IMG/VR virus record: IMGVR_UViG_3300036790_000194
Span: 1-62,329 of that record
DNA length: 62,329 nt
Source: a virus
Lineage: Duplodnaviria; Caudoviricetes
Reading direction: 5' to 3' (one strand)
Shown here: positions 18,082 to 27,030 of the stretch, piece by piece
Layout of the letters: every line of letters begins with the position of its first letter
Position numbering within the stretch: the first letter of the stretch is position 1
Position numbers and translations under genes: made by a program
The notes under the pieces: generated by a model
What the model saw: the letters and a program-made list of their open reading frames with translations, nothing else
Told to the model about the DNA's origin: nothing
Database searches by the model: none

Positions 18082-19083
18082 CTAAGTTCCATATCCACCG
18101 AAATTCGGCATGATCGACATTGTAACTCTTTCCACGTCGCTCGTCGATGCGCGCTCCCATGCACCCTGAGCTTCGGTCATCAGCAACTGGTATTTGTCGG
18201 GCGCGAATTTTATCGACAGATCGCGGGCAAGATCGGTCACGCAGGCGTAGAAGAACCGCTGCGGCATATCGAGAGTTTCGCCATTGGCCGCATACACGTT
18301 GTCGATTTGCGTCACGAGAAAGGCTTGGAGTTGATAGGGGCCGTTTCCATCCGGCACCGGCCACAATGTTACCTGCGGCACAGTTTGACGATTGAACCAG
18401 AAGCAACTCGGCGCTCCGGGCTGCTGCTTTTGTGCGAGGCCCGCATAATCCGTCCGCGAGATGGAGCCGAGAATTCTGTCACTGGTTCCAGTGCCCATGA
18501 TCGTCATGGACGACGTGGACGTGGCGAGAAAGGTGGTGTTGATCGTGAAGTTGTTCGCGTCGATGATCGTCACCGCTGCATACACGCCACCAAGCGTCAG
18601 TCCGCCGACGACCACGGGATAGAGAATTGAACAGTCCATTCCAGATGTCAGACCATGCGCGGGCCAGTTCACATTCGCGATATTCGAGCCTTGCACGGTC
18701 GAGATGATCGAGTTCTGCGGGACCGGATTACCGACGAGGTAAGGGATGATTGATGCGCCTTGTCCAGCAACGGTGATCGTCGTGCCATTCGATGGAATGC
18801 TCAGATAAGTATCGAGCATCGAAATCGTGTTCGGCGGCAGATTGTAAGTTGGCGTCCCTTCGATGAGGTCGATCAGATATGGAACGGCACTCACGGTCCA
18901 AAGGTTGATTCCGCGATTTGCCCAGTCGGATGCGAGCAACAGATTGGTTGACCGACGAGCCGAGGTGAGATGTCTGCCTTCAGGGAAATAGATGCCGCAA
19001 CGCTCCAGCGCATCGCTCACAATGTCGCTTGAGAACGGCGCGTATACGCTTACTCCTGATGGCGTGCCGTAAGCCAAATCCAA
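18082..19083 (-). CDS. Head-tail adaptor protein with an inserted beta module
   Basis: SARRS.NLL..DWANRGINLWT, ISRTDY...K.QPG.P, LWPVPD and P.RF motifs. Confidence 0.75.
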   Translation of the reverse strand: MDLAYGTPSGVSVYAPFSSDIVSDALERCGIYFPEGRHLTSARRSTNLLLASDWANRGINLWTVSAVPYLIDLIEGTPTYNLPPNTISMLDTYLSIPSNGTTITVAGQGASIIPYLVGNPVPQNSIISTVQGSNIANVNWPAHGLTSGMDCSILYPVVVGGLTLGGVYAAVTIIDANNFTINTTFLATSTSSMTIMGTGTSDRILGSISRTDYAGLAQKQQPGAPSCFWFNRQTVPQVTLWPVPDGNGPYQLQAFLVTQIDNVYAANGETLDMPQRFFYACVTDLARDLSIKFAPDKYQLLMTEAQGAWERASTSDVERVTMSIMPNFGGYGT

Positions 19084-19153
19084 TCACCTCAAAAGCAGTT
19101 CGGCCACCATAGCATATTCCGCCATGTGGCCGTAACCGCACTCCCCCTCGAAG

Positions 19154-19369
19154 TCATTTGTTGATGTTGCGCGCCGCATTCGCCATGTGCCGAAGATGTG
19201 AGTCCTTGCTATCCAGCGCCTCACGCATCTTCTTGTCGGGAATTTTTTCCCCTTCCGGCACGCCTAAAGCGCGGTGTAAGCGGCCTTTGTGCGACGGCTT
19301 GAAAGCCTCCGCTGCCCACTTCTTTGTACGTCCGCCGTCTTTAAGCCGATACGGGTCAGCTTTTTGCAA
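19154..19369 (-). CDS. Small basic protein (KW...KG.LHRALGVPEGEKIP), possibly DNA-condensing
   Basis: Very basic; TTG start with weak RBS; same frame as the upstream ORF. Confidence 0.6.
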   Translation of the reverse strand: MQKADPYRLKDGGRTKKWAAEAFKPSHKGRLHRALGVPEGEKIPDKKMREALDSKDSHLRHMANAARNINK

Positions 19370-19396
19370 GAAGTCGAGGTTGTTCCGGTCGCCCGG

Positions 19397-19702
19397 TTAG
19401 CCCTCGGGCCGCTGACCTTCGTGGCCAGTGTCGGTCTTGCCGCCTTCTTTTGGCATGCTCGTTTCGTGCCCCGAACTGAACGGCGTCCGGCCACCCATCG
19501 CGCGCTTGTGCGGTTTGCGGTCTGCACGCTCCTTGGCCTTGTGACCTTCGACATGGCCGCCATGGCGCATCTTCTTTTTCTTCGCGTGACCGCCGCGCTT
19601 GAAATCGTCCGTCTCGTCGTGAGCGTCCGACATTTCCTTGGAGCCTTGGGCGTTGTATTCCTGCTCCTTGCCCTTCTTCATCTTCGCAGAACGAGATGCC
19701 AT
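19397..19702 (-). CDS. Small basic GG-motif protein
   Basis: Start re-assigned to MASRSAK after a strong AAGGAG; four xxGG motifs. Confidence 0.75.
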   Translation of the reverse strand: MASRSAKMKKGKEQEYNAQGSKEMSDAHDETDDFKRGGHAKKKKMRHGGHVEGHKAKERADRKPHKRAMGGRTPFSSGHETSMPKEGGKTDTGHEGQRPEG

Positions 19703-19769
19703 CTCGGTTACTCCTTCCGCCGAATGTGGCCGTGGATGAGTGGGGCGGTTCCACTCAGCGGCATTCAAA

Positions 19770-20429
19770 TTACGGGCTTGCAAGCCCAGCCTGGCGACCG
19801 TACGCCTTCCATTGCCCTGTACCAGAATTCACGGTCAATCGCCATGCGTGGATCGTAAAATCTATCGCGCCTTCAGTCGTCGCCGCGAGATTCTGAAGCT
19901 GCGGATGCAGAACCGGCGTAGGGACAATATTCGGCGGCGCATAGGCAATGGCGGACTGTATCCCAGGGCCGCCAAGAAACGGCGTATAGGTGTATTCGAT
20001 GCTCACATTGCCGGAGCCGCTTATAAGCTGCACATACACCGACATCTGCGACCCGACAATCGTGTCATCGTAAATTGCCCATGGCGACGAGCCGACCGTG
20101 TTTGTGCCGACTGTTACCGCCGCCGCAGTTGCACCGGATGACGCAATGGACGTGACCGACGCGAAATCCAGATTGGATGCGACCGCCGCGATATTGCCGC
20201 CAGCGACTGAATCCTTGATCGCAGCACCACCATCATTCGTGCCCGTGATTGTCCACGTTAATCCGCTATCGTTGCCTGCGGATGTGATGAGCACGCGGCG
20301 CTGCGTGTCGAGGACACCTGCCGTCGAACCGTTGAGCAGAAGCTTTCCCGCACCCGCCAGACTTTGCGAGAGCGAGATGTTGTTCGCAGAAGCAGCCGCG
20401 AGTTGCTTGGTGAATGTGACCGCGTGCAT
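19770..20429 (-). CDS. Virion structural protein (head decoration-like)
   Basis: RRVLITSAGNDSG.T.TITGT motif; follows the capsid genes. Confidence 0.65.
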   Translation of the reverse strand: MHAVTFTKQLAAASANNISLSQSLAGAGKLLLNGSTAGVLDTQRRVLITSAGNDSGLTWTITGTNDGGAAIKDSVAGGNIAAVASNLDFASVTSIASSGATAAAVTVGTNTVGSSPWAIYDDTIVGSQMSVYVQLISGSGNVSIEYTYTPFLGGPGIQSAIAYAPPNIVPTPVLHPQLQNLAATTEGAIDFTIHAWRLTVNSGTGQWKAYGRQAGLASP

Positions 20430-20441
20430 CTTGCCCCTGTC

Positions 20442-21740
20442 TTAGAAGGCTGCGGTGACAACCGCACCTTTGGCAAGCGGGCGATAGCGGATGTAGTGAA
20501 TCCATGTTCCCGTTGTCGAGCCAACCCCGACAACCGCTTTGATCGTTCCCGCAGGTACGATGATGTTTGTCGTTTCCGCCAAACCGGCACCGTTGGCATT
20601 GATGACGGGTGCCGTGGAAAGTGCTGTGCCCTGCAAGACCACTGATGTTCCTGCAGCCGCACTGGCAAGCGTAGCGGATGCGCCGGAAATCGTCTGCGTG
20701 GTCGCACCGAGAGTGCCGGTTGACTGGTACTGCAAGGTCGAAGCGGTGGTGTCGTTTGCCGTCTGGCAGACTGAAAACAGCGCCAGAAGCTGGACCGGGG
20801 CGCCCGCAACATTGAACAGCGTCAGGGCATTGGAGATTACGGCAGCGGTCGTTGTGCCGACTTGTTCGGCAATCGCCTGGTTGGCGATAACGGTGGAAAC
20901 ATCCGATCCTGCGACGGGGTTACCCGAACCACCATCGAAAGCCTGACCGGCGGCACCATCATAACCATTGACATACCATGTCGAGCCCGTAGCCGCATCG
21001 ACGACATTCTTGGAGAAGTTTGTCGTGCCGGAGACATAGAAATACCCACTGACCAGAATGTTCGTACAAGCGGTTGTGAAGAATTCCACCACGGCAGTGG
21101 TGAGGATTCCGTAGAAATCCACGTTGATATTGCCGCCGTCGCAGCCCACGAGGCGAACCGCGTTGACAACATGGGTGCCAGCCGTAAACCCGCGATAAAC
21201 GAGATTGACTGTAAGACGGTCAGCCGCCGCCGTCGTCAGGATTGCGCGCAACGCTTCTTTGTTCGCCGCCGCATCCTGCCACTCGATGTTCAATGTGCAA
21301 TCAGCAGCGCGGACGTTGAATGGTGCCACCACCTGGTCGATGGACGGCTTGCCGACGATATTCGAGATCGAGGTCGAGGCACCCGTAATGATCCACGTCG
21401 CAGCTGTCGCCGAGAATGTAAATGTGGGCCGCGTAGCCCCAATTCCGAGGCCAACGAATGTGACGCCTGCCGTTGCGATGGTAACGCCACCCGCCGTCGA
21501 AATCGTTTCCGCATGGCCTTCCTGCCACACGACCACGTCGCCGGTTGCCGCCTTGGCCAAAGCCTGCACTGTCGTGGCGAATGGATTATTCGATGCACCA
21601 GTGTTGCCATCCGATCCGCTGACCGAATTGACAAACCAGTAGTTTCCATTCGTCAGCGGAAGGCCCGCAGTGCCCAGCGTCGGAACGCCGGAAATCAACA
21701 GGCTATCGAACGCGGTCGGAGGTCCAGAAGGAGCCGTCAT
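20442..21740 (-). CDS. Virion structural protein (head fibre / beta-helix-like)
   Basis: YWFVNSVSGSDGNTG...PFAT..ALA...GDVV...GHAETI; directly after the major capsid gene; no signal peptide. Confidence 0.65.
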   Translation of the reverse strand: MTAPSGPPTAFDSLLISGVPTLGTAGLPLTNGNYWFVNSVSGSDGNTGASNNPFATTVQALAKAATGDVVVWQEGHAETISTAGGVTIATAGVTFVGLGIGATRPTFTFSATAATWIITGASTSISNIVGKPSIDQVVAPFNVRAADCTLNIEWQDAAANKEALRAILTTAAADRLTVNLVYRGFTAGTHVVNAVRLVGCDGGNINVDFYGILTTAVVEFFTTACTNILVSGYFYVSGTTNFSKNVVDAATGSTWYVNGYDGAAGQAFDGGSGNPVAGSDVSTVIANQAIAEQVGTTTAAVISNALTLFNVAGAPVQLLALFSVCQTANDTTASTLQYQSTGTLGATTQTISGASATLASAAAGTSVVLQGTALSTAPVINANGAGLAETTNIIVPAGTIKAVVGVGSTTGTWIHYIRYRPLAKGAVVTAAF

Positions 21741-21759
21741 GGCGCTTTACCTTTCAAAA

Positions 21760-22671
21760 TCAATTGCTCGGAAGGCTTCCCCAGCATGAGCGCGGATTCG
21801 TCTCGCCGAAGCCGCAACGCTCATACCCGAGCACCATAAGATTCCCGGTTACAGGATCGACCTGCAAATCCATCTCGAACGGGATGCGGTCATAGTGGCG
21901 CATTCCTTTCACGGTCGTCTTGATGAACCATGCGAAGGCCGATGTGAGGAAGTCCATGACCTGATAGCCGTCCGGCAATGCGCCGGCCGACATGAAGGCG
22001 TTCACATCGTTGTTCGCTGTGCCGACGCGGAGTTCGGTCTTGGTCAGGCGCTCGGCCACGAATTCCAACTGCTTGGGAACGATGAGCTTGCGGCCGCGGA
22101 AGAACTTGATGATGCCAGCCTGATCGGGAAGGCCGCGAATCTGCTGGAACGCATATTCCAGCGCGGATTCGTTGAGATCCATGTCGGGCGATGGGCGGTT
22201 CGCATACACGCCGGTATCGACCGGATGCTGGGTGGAGAAGAACGGCTGCTGGTCGCCGTTGGTGACCGGCTGGAAGGTCGCCCCGTTGTTCAGCACATTC
22301 GCGTGCAGGATTTCCCACGTCTGCGCAAACGATTCTGCAAGTCCCATGGACTGCGGGCCAAACTGGTCCTTGTAGAGATTGTCATCGAGAGCTTCGCGCG
22401 TGATAGCGAAGCCAAGCGCAATCGCGATCATTTCGACGTTCCAAACGAAGCGTTCGCCAGCGGCGTTGTCGAATGCGGTCGCGCCGCCTTCAGCTTTCAA
22501 CTGCGCAAGACCAACGGGGCGCATTTCGACGATACGCTCCAGCGCCATCTTCGATGTGCCCATCTGGTCGAAGGCTCCGGGCCATTGGCGCGGAATCTCC
22601 GGGTACGCCATGATGATGTCGGCTAGCCCCGGAAAGAGGAGGTCTTTCTCACTACCACGAGTTATTGCCAC
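21760..22671 (-). CDS. Major capsid protein (HK97 fold, Mu gpT-like group)
   Basis: MAITR...LL.PGL, K.EGG...FD, ALGFAITREA.DDNLY, KLIVP.QL.F.AERL and AWFIKT motifs. Confidence 0.9.
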   Translation of the reverse strand: MAITRGSEKDLLFPGLADIIMAYPEIPRQWPGAFDQMGTSKMALERIVEMRPVGLAQLKAEGGATAFDNAAGERFVWNVEMIAIALGFAITREALDDNLYKDQFGPQSMGLAESFAQTWEILHANVLNNGATFQPVTNGDQQPFFSTQHPVDTGVYANRPSPDMDLNESALEYAFQQIRGLPDQAGIIKFFRGRKLIVPKQLEFVAERLTKTELRVGTANNDVNAFMSAGALPDGYQVMDFLTSAFAWFIKTTVKGMRHYDRIPFEMDLQVDPVTGNLMVLGYERCGFGETNPRSCWGSLPSN

Positions 22672-22697
22672 TGTGATTTACTCCCCTTAAAGTTGTG

Positions 22698-23297
22698 TTA
22701 GCCAGCCAGCGTCAAGGTTGAAATTCCGACGCGCACGAGATTGCCTGCGGTCGCCGGGTCCGTGCGCGGTGCGCTTTCGAGGCTGTAGAGATAGAACGGC
22801 AGCACGCCCTTGGTCGCATTCTTGGTCGAGTAATCGAGACTGAATGACGATTGGCCTGTCGCGGCACTCCCGCCAGCGCCGGTGGCGAAGTTGAAAAACG
22901 ACCCGACATCGGCTTGAACGGCGGGGCCGCCGACCGCAGTTCCGGCGGACGAAGACGACACCTGAACTTCGAAGATCGCGCCTGCGTTGTTCACATAGCG
23001 CACATCGACATTCGCGTTGCTCACGCTGTCGCTGCCGGGATAATATGGACGCCATACGGGCTGCTGGAATGTCGTGCTGACCCATTTGAAACTGACAGCC
23101 ACACCGGCAATCGCCGCGCCGGTGTTTCCGGTGGTCGACGCGGGGACGAGAAGTCCGCCGGAAAGAACCAAAGGATCGCCCGCATACATCGCGCTCGCGT
23201 TATACGCAGCGAATCCCGTAGCGATGCCGAAGTTCGGCGACGAGCCATCGACGAGGCCGATATAGCGAAACCCTGACGGGGCCAATACGTTTGCCAT
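22698..23297 (-). CDS. Capsid decoration / cement protein
   Basis: MAN..AP.GFR N-terminus, GDPL, IFEVQ, G...TGQS; immediately upstream of the capsid gene. Confidence 0.7.
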   Translation of the reverse strand: MANVLAPSGFRYIGLVDGSSPNFGIATGFAAYNASAMYAGDPLVLSGGLLVPASTTGNTGAAIAGVAVSFKWVSTTFQQPVWRPYYPGSDSVSNANVDVRYVNNAGAIFEVQVSSSSAGTAVGGPAVQADVGSFFNFATGAGGSAATGQSSFSLDYSTKNATKGVLPFYLYSLESAPRTDPATAGNLVRVGISTLTLAG

Positions 23298-23315
23298 TCT
23301 GAATTCCCCTTTTGG

Positions 23316-23858
23316 TTACTCGACCGCCTGCGGCACGGCTTCGACGGAGCGTTTGATGTATGTGCGTGCGCCGCCGACCTGATCCTTGGATTGCAGGCGA
23401 AGCGACTGAAGCTGCTGATTGGTCTGGTAGAGCGTGTTTTCCTGCTGCTCGACGGCCGCGTCTTCATTCAGATAGGCAGGGCGCATATAAAGTCCCTGAC
23501 CATCGACAACGATGTGCTGCGCTGGATCATCCCCGAGATGGCCGAGGAAGTGCGGCTGCATTTCGTGGGGTACAGGTTTCCAATGATACTGCTGGGTCAC
23601 GACCTGATTGCGGACATCGCGAAGGCCCATCAAGGTATGGCGCTTCCATTCCATGACAAAACCCGGAGGCACCCGGCTTTTGTCGATGGAGAACCGTCCA
23701 TCATTGGTCAGAACGCCTGCGTGAGGGCGGTCCAGTTTGCGGTCGGTGCGGCGATCCGAGACTCGGTCTGTGCGCCTGTCGGCGACACGATCTTGTACGC
23801 GGTCTGCTTGCGGTGCTGCAGGCATCAAATCCTCACTGGAAATGCTGGTTATTGGCAC
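23316..23858 (-). CDS. Head-module protein
   Basis: PPGFVMEWKR...G...W.PV...GLYMRP; between scaffold and decoration genes. Confidence 0.7.
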   Translation of the reverse strand: MPITSISSEDLMPAAPQADRVQDRVADRRTDRVSDRRTDRKLDRPHAGVLTNDGRFSIDKSRVPPGFVMEWKRHTLMGLRDVRNQVVTQQYHWKPVPHEMQPHFLGHLGDDPAQHIVVDGQGLYMRPAYLNEDAAVEQQENTLYQTNQQLQSLRLQSKDQVGGARTYIKRSVEAVPQAVE

Positions 23859-24780
23859 GGCGGTCTTCCATGAACTGACGCGCCTCGGCGTATTTCGTGT
23901 AGCGCTCGTTCAGATTCGGGATGTGGGCATAGAGGTTGTCCGCGACTTCGCGCTGTTCAGCCGTGAGCATGGGCTTGCGCGTTCCGGTCTGGCGCGATTG
24001 GCTTGTCATCGCGGTACGCGATGGCGGCATGGCGAGCGAGCCTTTACCGGCAGCGGGCTTCTGTGGCGCGCGCGCGGTGTATTCCAGTTCCTCACCTTCG
24101 GGATTCGATGGCGGCGCTGTGCGGCTGTAAGGCGAGTCGGCGGTGGGCCGATCCTCCTCACCTGCTGGTGCTTGGCGGCGCGCATCGGGAAGCCGCTCTT
24201 CGACATAGCGGAAATTGTCTTCGGTGCCAGAACCATGCCCCTCATCGGCGGCGTCTTCGGAAAGGCGGATGGCGGCGCGGAGATAGCGGGCGTCCGTGAA
24301 GCATTTGGGGTGATCTTCGAACCACTTCTGCAGACGCGGTGTAAATCCTGAAAGCGGTGCGCCATTGGCGAGCTTGCGATCATCGACCGGCTCTTTGGCC
24401 TTGGTCGCGACTTGTTCGCGCTGATTGGCAAGCCACGCCTTGCGGGATGTCTGCTCGCGCACGTCGGATTCGAGCCGCGTGAGTTGCCGCGTAAGATTGG
24501 CAATCTCCTTGCCGTGTCCCGGCTCTTCGGAGAGTTCGGCGATACGGGCCTCGATGGTGTCGGCTTCGGAGGTCTTCGAGGCAATCAGGCTGTCGCAACC
24601 GGATTCTTCGGCGAACAGACGGCGCTCCGCCTCGCTCATGGTGCGCTTTTCAGCTTGATTCTTGCCGCTTTCAGCGACTTCCGTGCGGGCTTTGAGAGAG
24701 AGGTTTTCCCCCCGCAATTCTTCCAGTTCACGCCTTAACGATTCAATGTCTGTCTCTGTCTGAGGCGTTTCTTCTGCCAC
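23833..24780 (-). CDS. Capsid scaffolding protein
   Basis: Charged coiled coil, W...HP.F, C-terminal LT.EQREVA...YA motif; position. Confidence 0.7.
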   Translation of the reverse strand: MAEETPQTETDIESLRRELEELRGENLSLKARTEVAESGKNQAEKRTMSEAERRLFAEESGCDSLIASKTSEADTIEARIAELSEEPGHGKEIANLTRQLTRLESDVREQTSRKAWLANQREQVATKAKEPVDDRKLANGAPLSGFTPRLQKWFEDHPKCFTDARYLRAAIRLSEDAADEGHGSGTEDNFRYVEERLPDARRQAPAGEEDRPTADSPYSRTAPPSNPEGEELEYTARAPQKPAAGKGSLAMPPSRTAMTSQSRQTGTRKPMLTAEQREVADNLYAHIPNLNERYTKYAEARQFMEDRRANNQHFQ

Positions 24781-24869
24781 GCAAAACCCCTGTCGGTATA
24801 GTCACGGACAGAAGTGTTACTAGATTTTGCGGTGTTGCGCAAATGCCACAGAAAAGATTTTTATGTGGC

Positions 24870-25193
24870 TTATTTGCCCATTGCCAAGCGACAGTAAATA
24901 TAACAACGCGATCCCTCCTCAGACCACTCTGGGCGGCAACGCCAATAAAGCGTTTTTGCACCGTTTAACCGCTTTTTCATCATGCGTTGGTGAAAGTCCC
25001 GAATGACAGATGGCTTTGGGGAACCGATTGCACGCGGATGGGCATGGGCGCCCTCTTTCTTTTCGATTCCCGTGGCAAATACCTTATAAGGCACTCCGTT
25101 TGGGGCAATGGCGGCGGGTAGGTGTCCGCTTTCAAATTCAATAACCCGCTCAAACCTGCCTTCGAAGGCTTTCGTGGCTTCGTCGAGCGTCAT
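24870..25193 (-). CDS. Hypothetical protein
   Basis: ATGA-coupled to the GroES-like gene. Confidence 0.6.
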   Translation of the reverse strand: MTLDEATKAFEGRFERVIEFESGHLPAAIAPNGVPYKVFATGIEKKEGAHAHPRAIGSPKPSVIRDFHQRMMKKRLNGAKTLYWRCRPEWSEEGSRCYIYCRLAMGK

Positions 25194-25612
25194 ATCACAC
25201 AATCCGGATCGGTGAGCGTGAACCGCACGAAGTCGGCCTTGAGCAACCGGATCATGCGTTCGCCAAGCACAAACTGGACCGCATCGCCAGCGTTAAAGCC
25301 CACCCAGTCGCCGACCTGTGGAGCCACGCCGCCTTTGAACCGATGTGCGTAATCGTTCACGAGTGGTCCTGCTTTGACGATAAGCCCGACATTTCCCTGA
25401 AACTTGTCTTCTGACAGGCGCGAAGCATTGTCTGGCATCCAGAGCTTTTTGCCGCCGCCAACATCGATATTATTCGGGCGCTCGTATACGCACACCATAT
25501 AATCCGGGCCGTTCGGCTCAACCTTTTCGATCAGCCCCTTGAGGGCATCGAAAATAACCGTTTTGGGGTCTTTGTCGTGCTGGTGTTTGTAAACGGCGGT
25601 CGCAACGGCCAT
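25190..25612 (-). CDS. groES: GroES-like co-chaperonin
   Basis: GGG..LWMPD...G.VGLIVKAGP...PQVGDWV.F...IRLLKADFV resembles Cpn10. Confidence 0.7.
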   Translation of the reverse strand: MAVATAVYKHQHDKDPKTVIFDALKGLIEKVEPNGPDYMVCVYERPNNIDVGGGKKLWMPDNASRLSEDKFQGNVGLIVKAGPLVNDYAHRFKGGVAPQVGDWVGFNAGDAVQFVLGERMIRLLKADFVRFTLTDPDCVI

Positions 25613-25613
25613 G

Positions 25614-25811
25614 TCAATCTTCGCCTTTCAATGGTGCAATCTCTTCGCCTTCGGAGCGTGATTTTCTAAGTTCTTCGAGCGACATGTCAAGGCCAGCGAT
25701 GACGCCGATCTCGTGCCGATAGTCCTCGAACGTCTTGCATTTACCGGCCACGACATCGAGTGCGCGCTGATTGCGAAGTTCGAGCAGGAATGTGTAGAGC
25801 GTACGTTTCAC
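25614..25811 (-). CDS. Small head-module protein
   Basis: FEDYR..IG.I.GL motif, commonly found before phage GroES-like genes. Confidence 0.65.
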   Translation of the reverse strand: MKRTLYTFLLELRNQRALDVVAGKCKTFEDYRHEIGVIAGLDMSLEELRKSRSEGEEIAPLKGED

Positions 25812-25990
25812 TTGCCGCCATGATGCGCTTCAAAATCGCCGCACCAGTCGTCTTGATTGGTGTGAGGCCACTTCGGTTCGTTATACTGAACCACGGACTC
25901 AGGTTGAGGCGCGTGCCGCCTGCACTGGCCCATGTCTGGCCCAACAATCACTGGGAAGGCGCTCCAGTACCGACAGTGGATACAGGCCAT
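25808..25990 (-). CDS. Small Cys-rich protein
   Basis: CxxC...G.CRR.AP...WP...DWCG.F. Confidence 0.65.
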   Translation of the reverse strand: MACIHCRYWSAFPVIVGPDMGQCRRHAPQPESVVQYNEPKWPHTNQDDWCGDFEAHHGGK

Positions 25991-25992
25991 GC

Positions 25993-26535
25993 TCAGACGC
26001 GCGCTCCATAAGCCTTGGCCTTCTCAAGCCTGCCTTCCCCGCCACCGCCGCCGTCCTTGATCGGATAGCCCTTCATCTTCTTGACGTGGCCACCTTTCTT
26101 CATCCCACCCATGCCCGGAGGCGGCATTGCGCCGGGAGGCTTTGGCGGACCCATCGGAGGCGCGCCGCCCGGAGCCGCACCTTGCGGTGGCGGCATTGGC
26201 ATCGGATGGGGAACAGGAACCGGCATCGTTTGCGGTGCGCTATGCGGCACGACGACATTCACGGTCGTGTGACCGCCCTTCTTGCCGCCGCCAGCGCCGC
26301 GAGGTTTGCGATCTGGACGACCACCCATCGCGCGACCTTCGGCGCATCCGCCGTCCTTAAGACGAATCGGCGTTTTCTTCTCGTGCTTGTGCAATGCGCC
26401 CTCATGCTCATGCACCGCCTCGCCGATCAGCTTCTTCGTGGTGTGCAAATGGCCACCCGATTTGTAGCCTGCCTTGGTCAGCATTTCCCGCGCCCTTTTG
26501 CGCGAATGCCGCTCGCCGCCTTCGTGTTTAGCCAT
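25993..26535 (-). CDS. Basic, Pro/Gly-rich GG-motif protein
   Basis: RBS GGAGG; five xxGG motifs; VH.HE..LH. Confidence 0.75.
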   Translation of the reverse strand: MAKHEGGERHSRKRAREMLTKAGYKSGGHLHTTKKLIGEAVHEHEGALHKHEKKTPIRLKDGGCAEGRAMGGRPDRKPRGAGGGKKGGHTTVNVVVPHSAPQTMPVPVPHPMPMPPPQGAAPGGAPPMGPPKPPGAMPPPGMGGMKKGGHVKKMKGYPIKDGGGGGEGRLEKAKAYGARV

Positions 26536-26722
26536 TCAATCCTCCTATAGAGCGGGTGTATTCATAGGCCGCATTGCGTTCGAGAGCAGCGGAATTGGCG
26601 AACATGAGTGCCGCGGCGCGCTCAAGCGAATAGCGCGGCACTGAAACCGTTGTCGTGCCGTCAGCGCGGTGGTTCACGATTAGTGAAGAGCCTGCGTCGA
26701 TGTCGATGTCAACAAACGGCAT
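26528..26722 (-). CDS. Hypothetical protein
   Basis: ATG overlaps the upstream TAA. Confidence 0.45.
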   Translation of the reverse strand: MPFVDIDIDAGSSLIVNHRADGTTTVSVPRYSLERAAALMFANSAALERNAAYEYTRSIGGLNG

Positions 26723-27030
26723 TACTCGATATCCCCCATATTGGGGCCACGATCTTCCAAGCCACCCTGAGACATGATCTTTTCCAGAAGGTCGAAATAC
26801 ACTGGCTCGCTTATAGCGAGCGGAACAGACTTTCCAATCTTCACTGCCGCGACGATTGACCATGGCGCGCGCATGGACTCCCTAGCCTCGCTTGACAAAA
26901 TATGGCCAATCTCACCGAGCGTCGCGCCATCTTTCGAAATGACGCCATAGTATTCTCGGCGATGATGGGTTTGAGGACGCCGTGGGGATCGGACCAGCGC
27001 AGCTGCCGGAGGCGGTTTACCGTTCATCAA
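26722..27030 (-). CDS. Hypothetical protein
   Basis: Coupled to the DUF2829 gene. Confidence 0.55.
   Translation of the reverse strand: MMNGKPPPAAALVRSPRRPQTHHRREYYGVISKDGATLGEIGHILSSEARESMRAPWSIVAAVKIGKSVPLAISEPVYFDLLEKIMSQGGLEDRGPNMGDIE

Noticed and set aside
20862-22626. Long plus-strand ORFs (325 and 243 aa) opposite the capsid-region genes; similar ones at 31261-32256, 48599-49609 and 60548-61510
   Set aside because: Antisense shadows expected in GC-rich coding DNA; the opposite strand carries clear family motifs.
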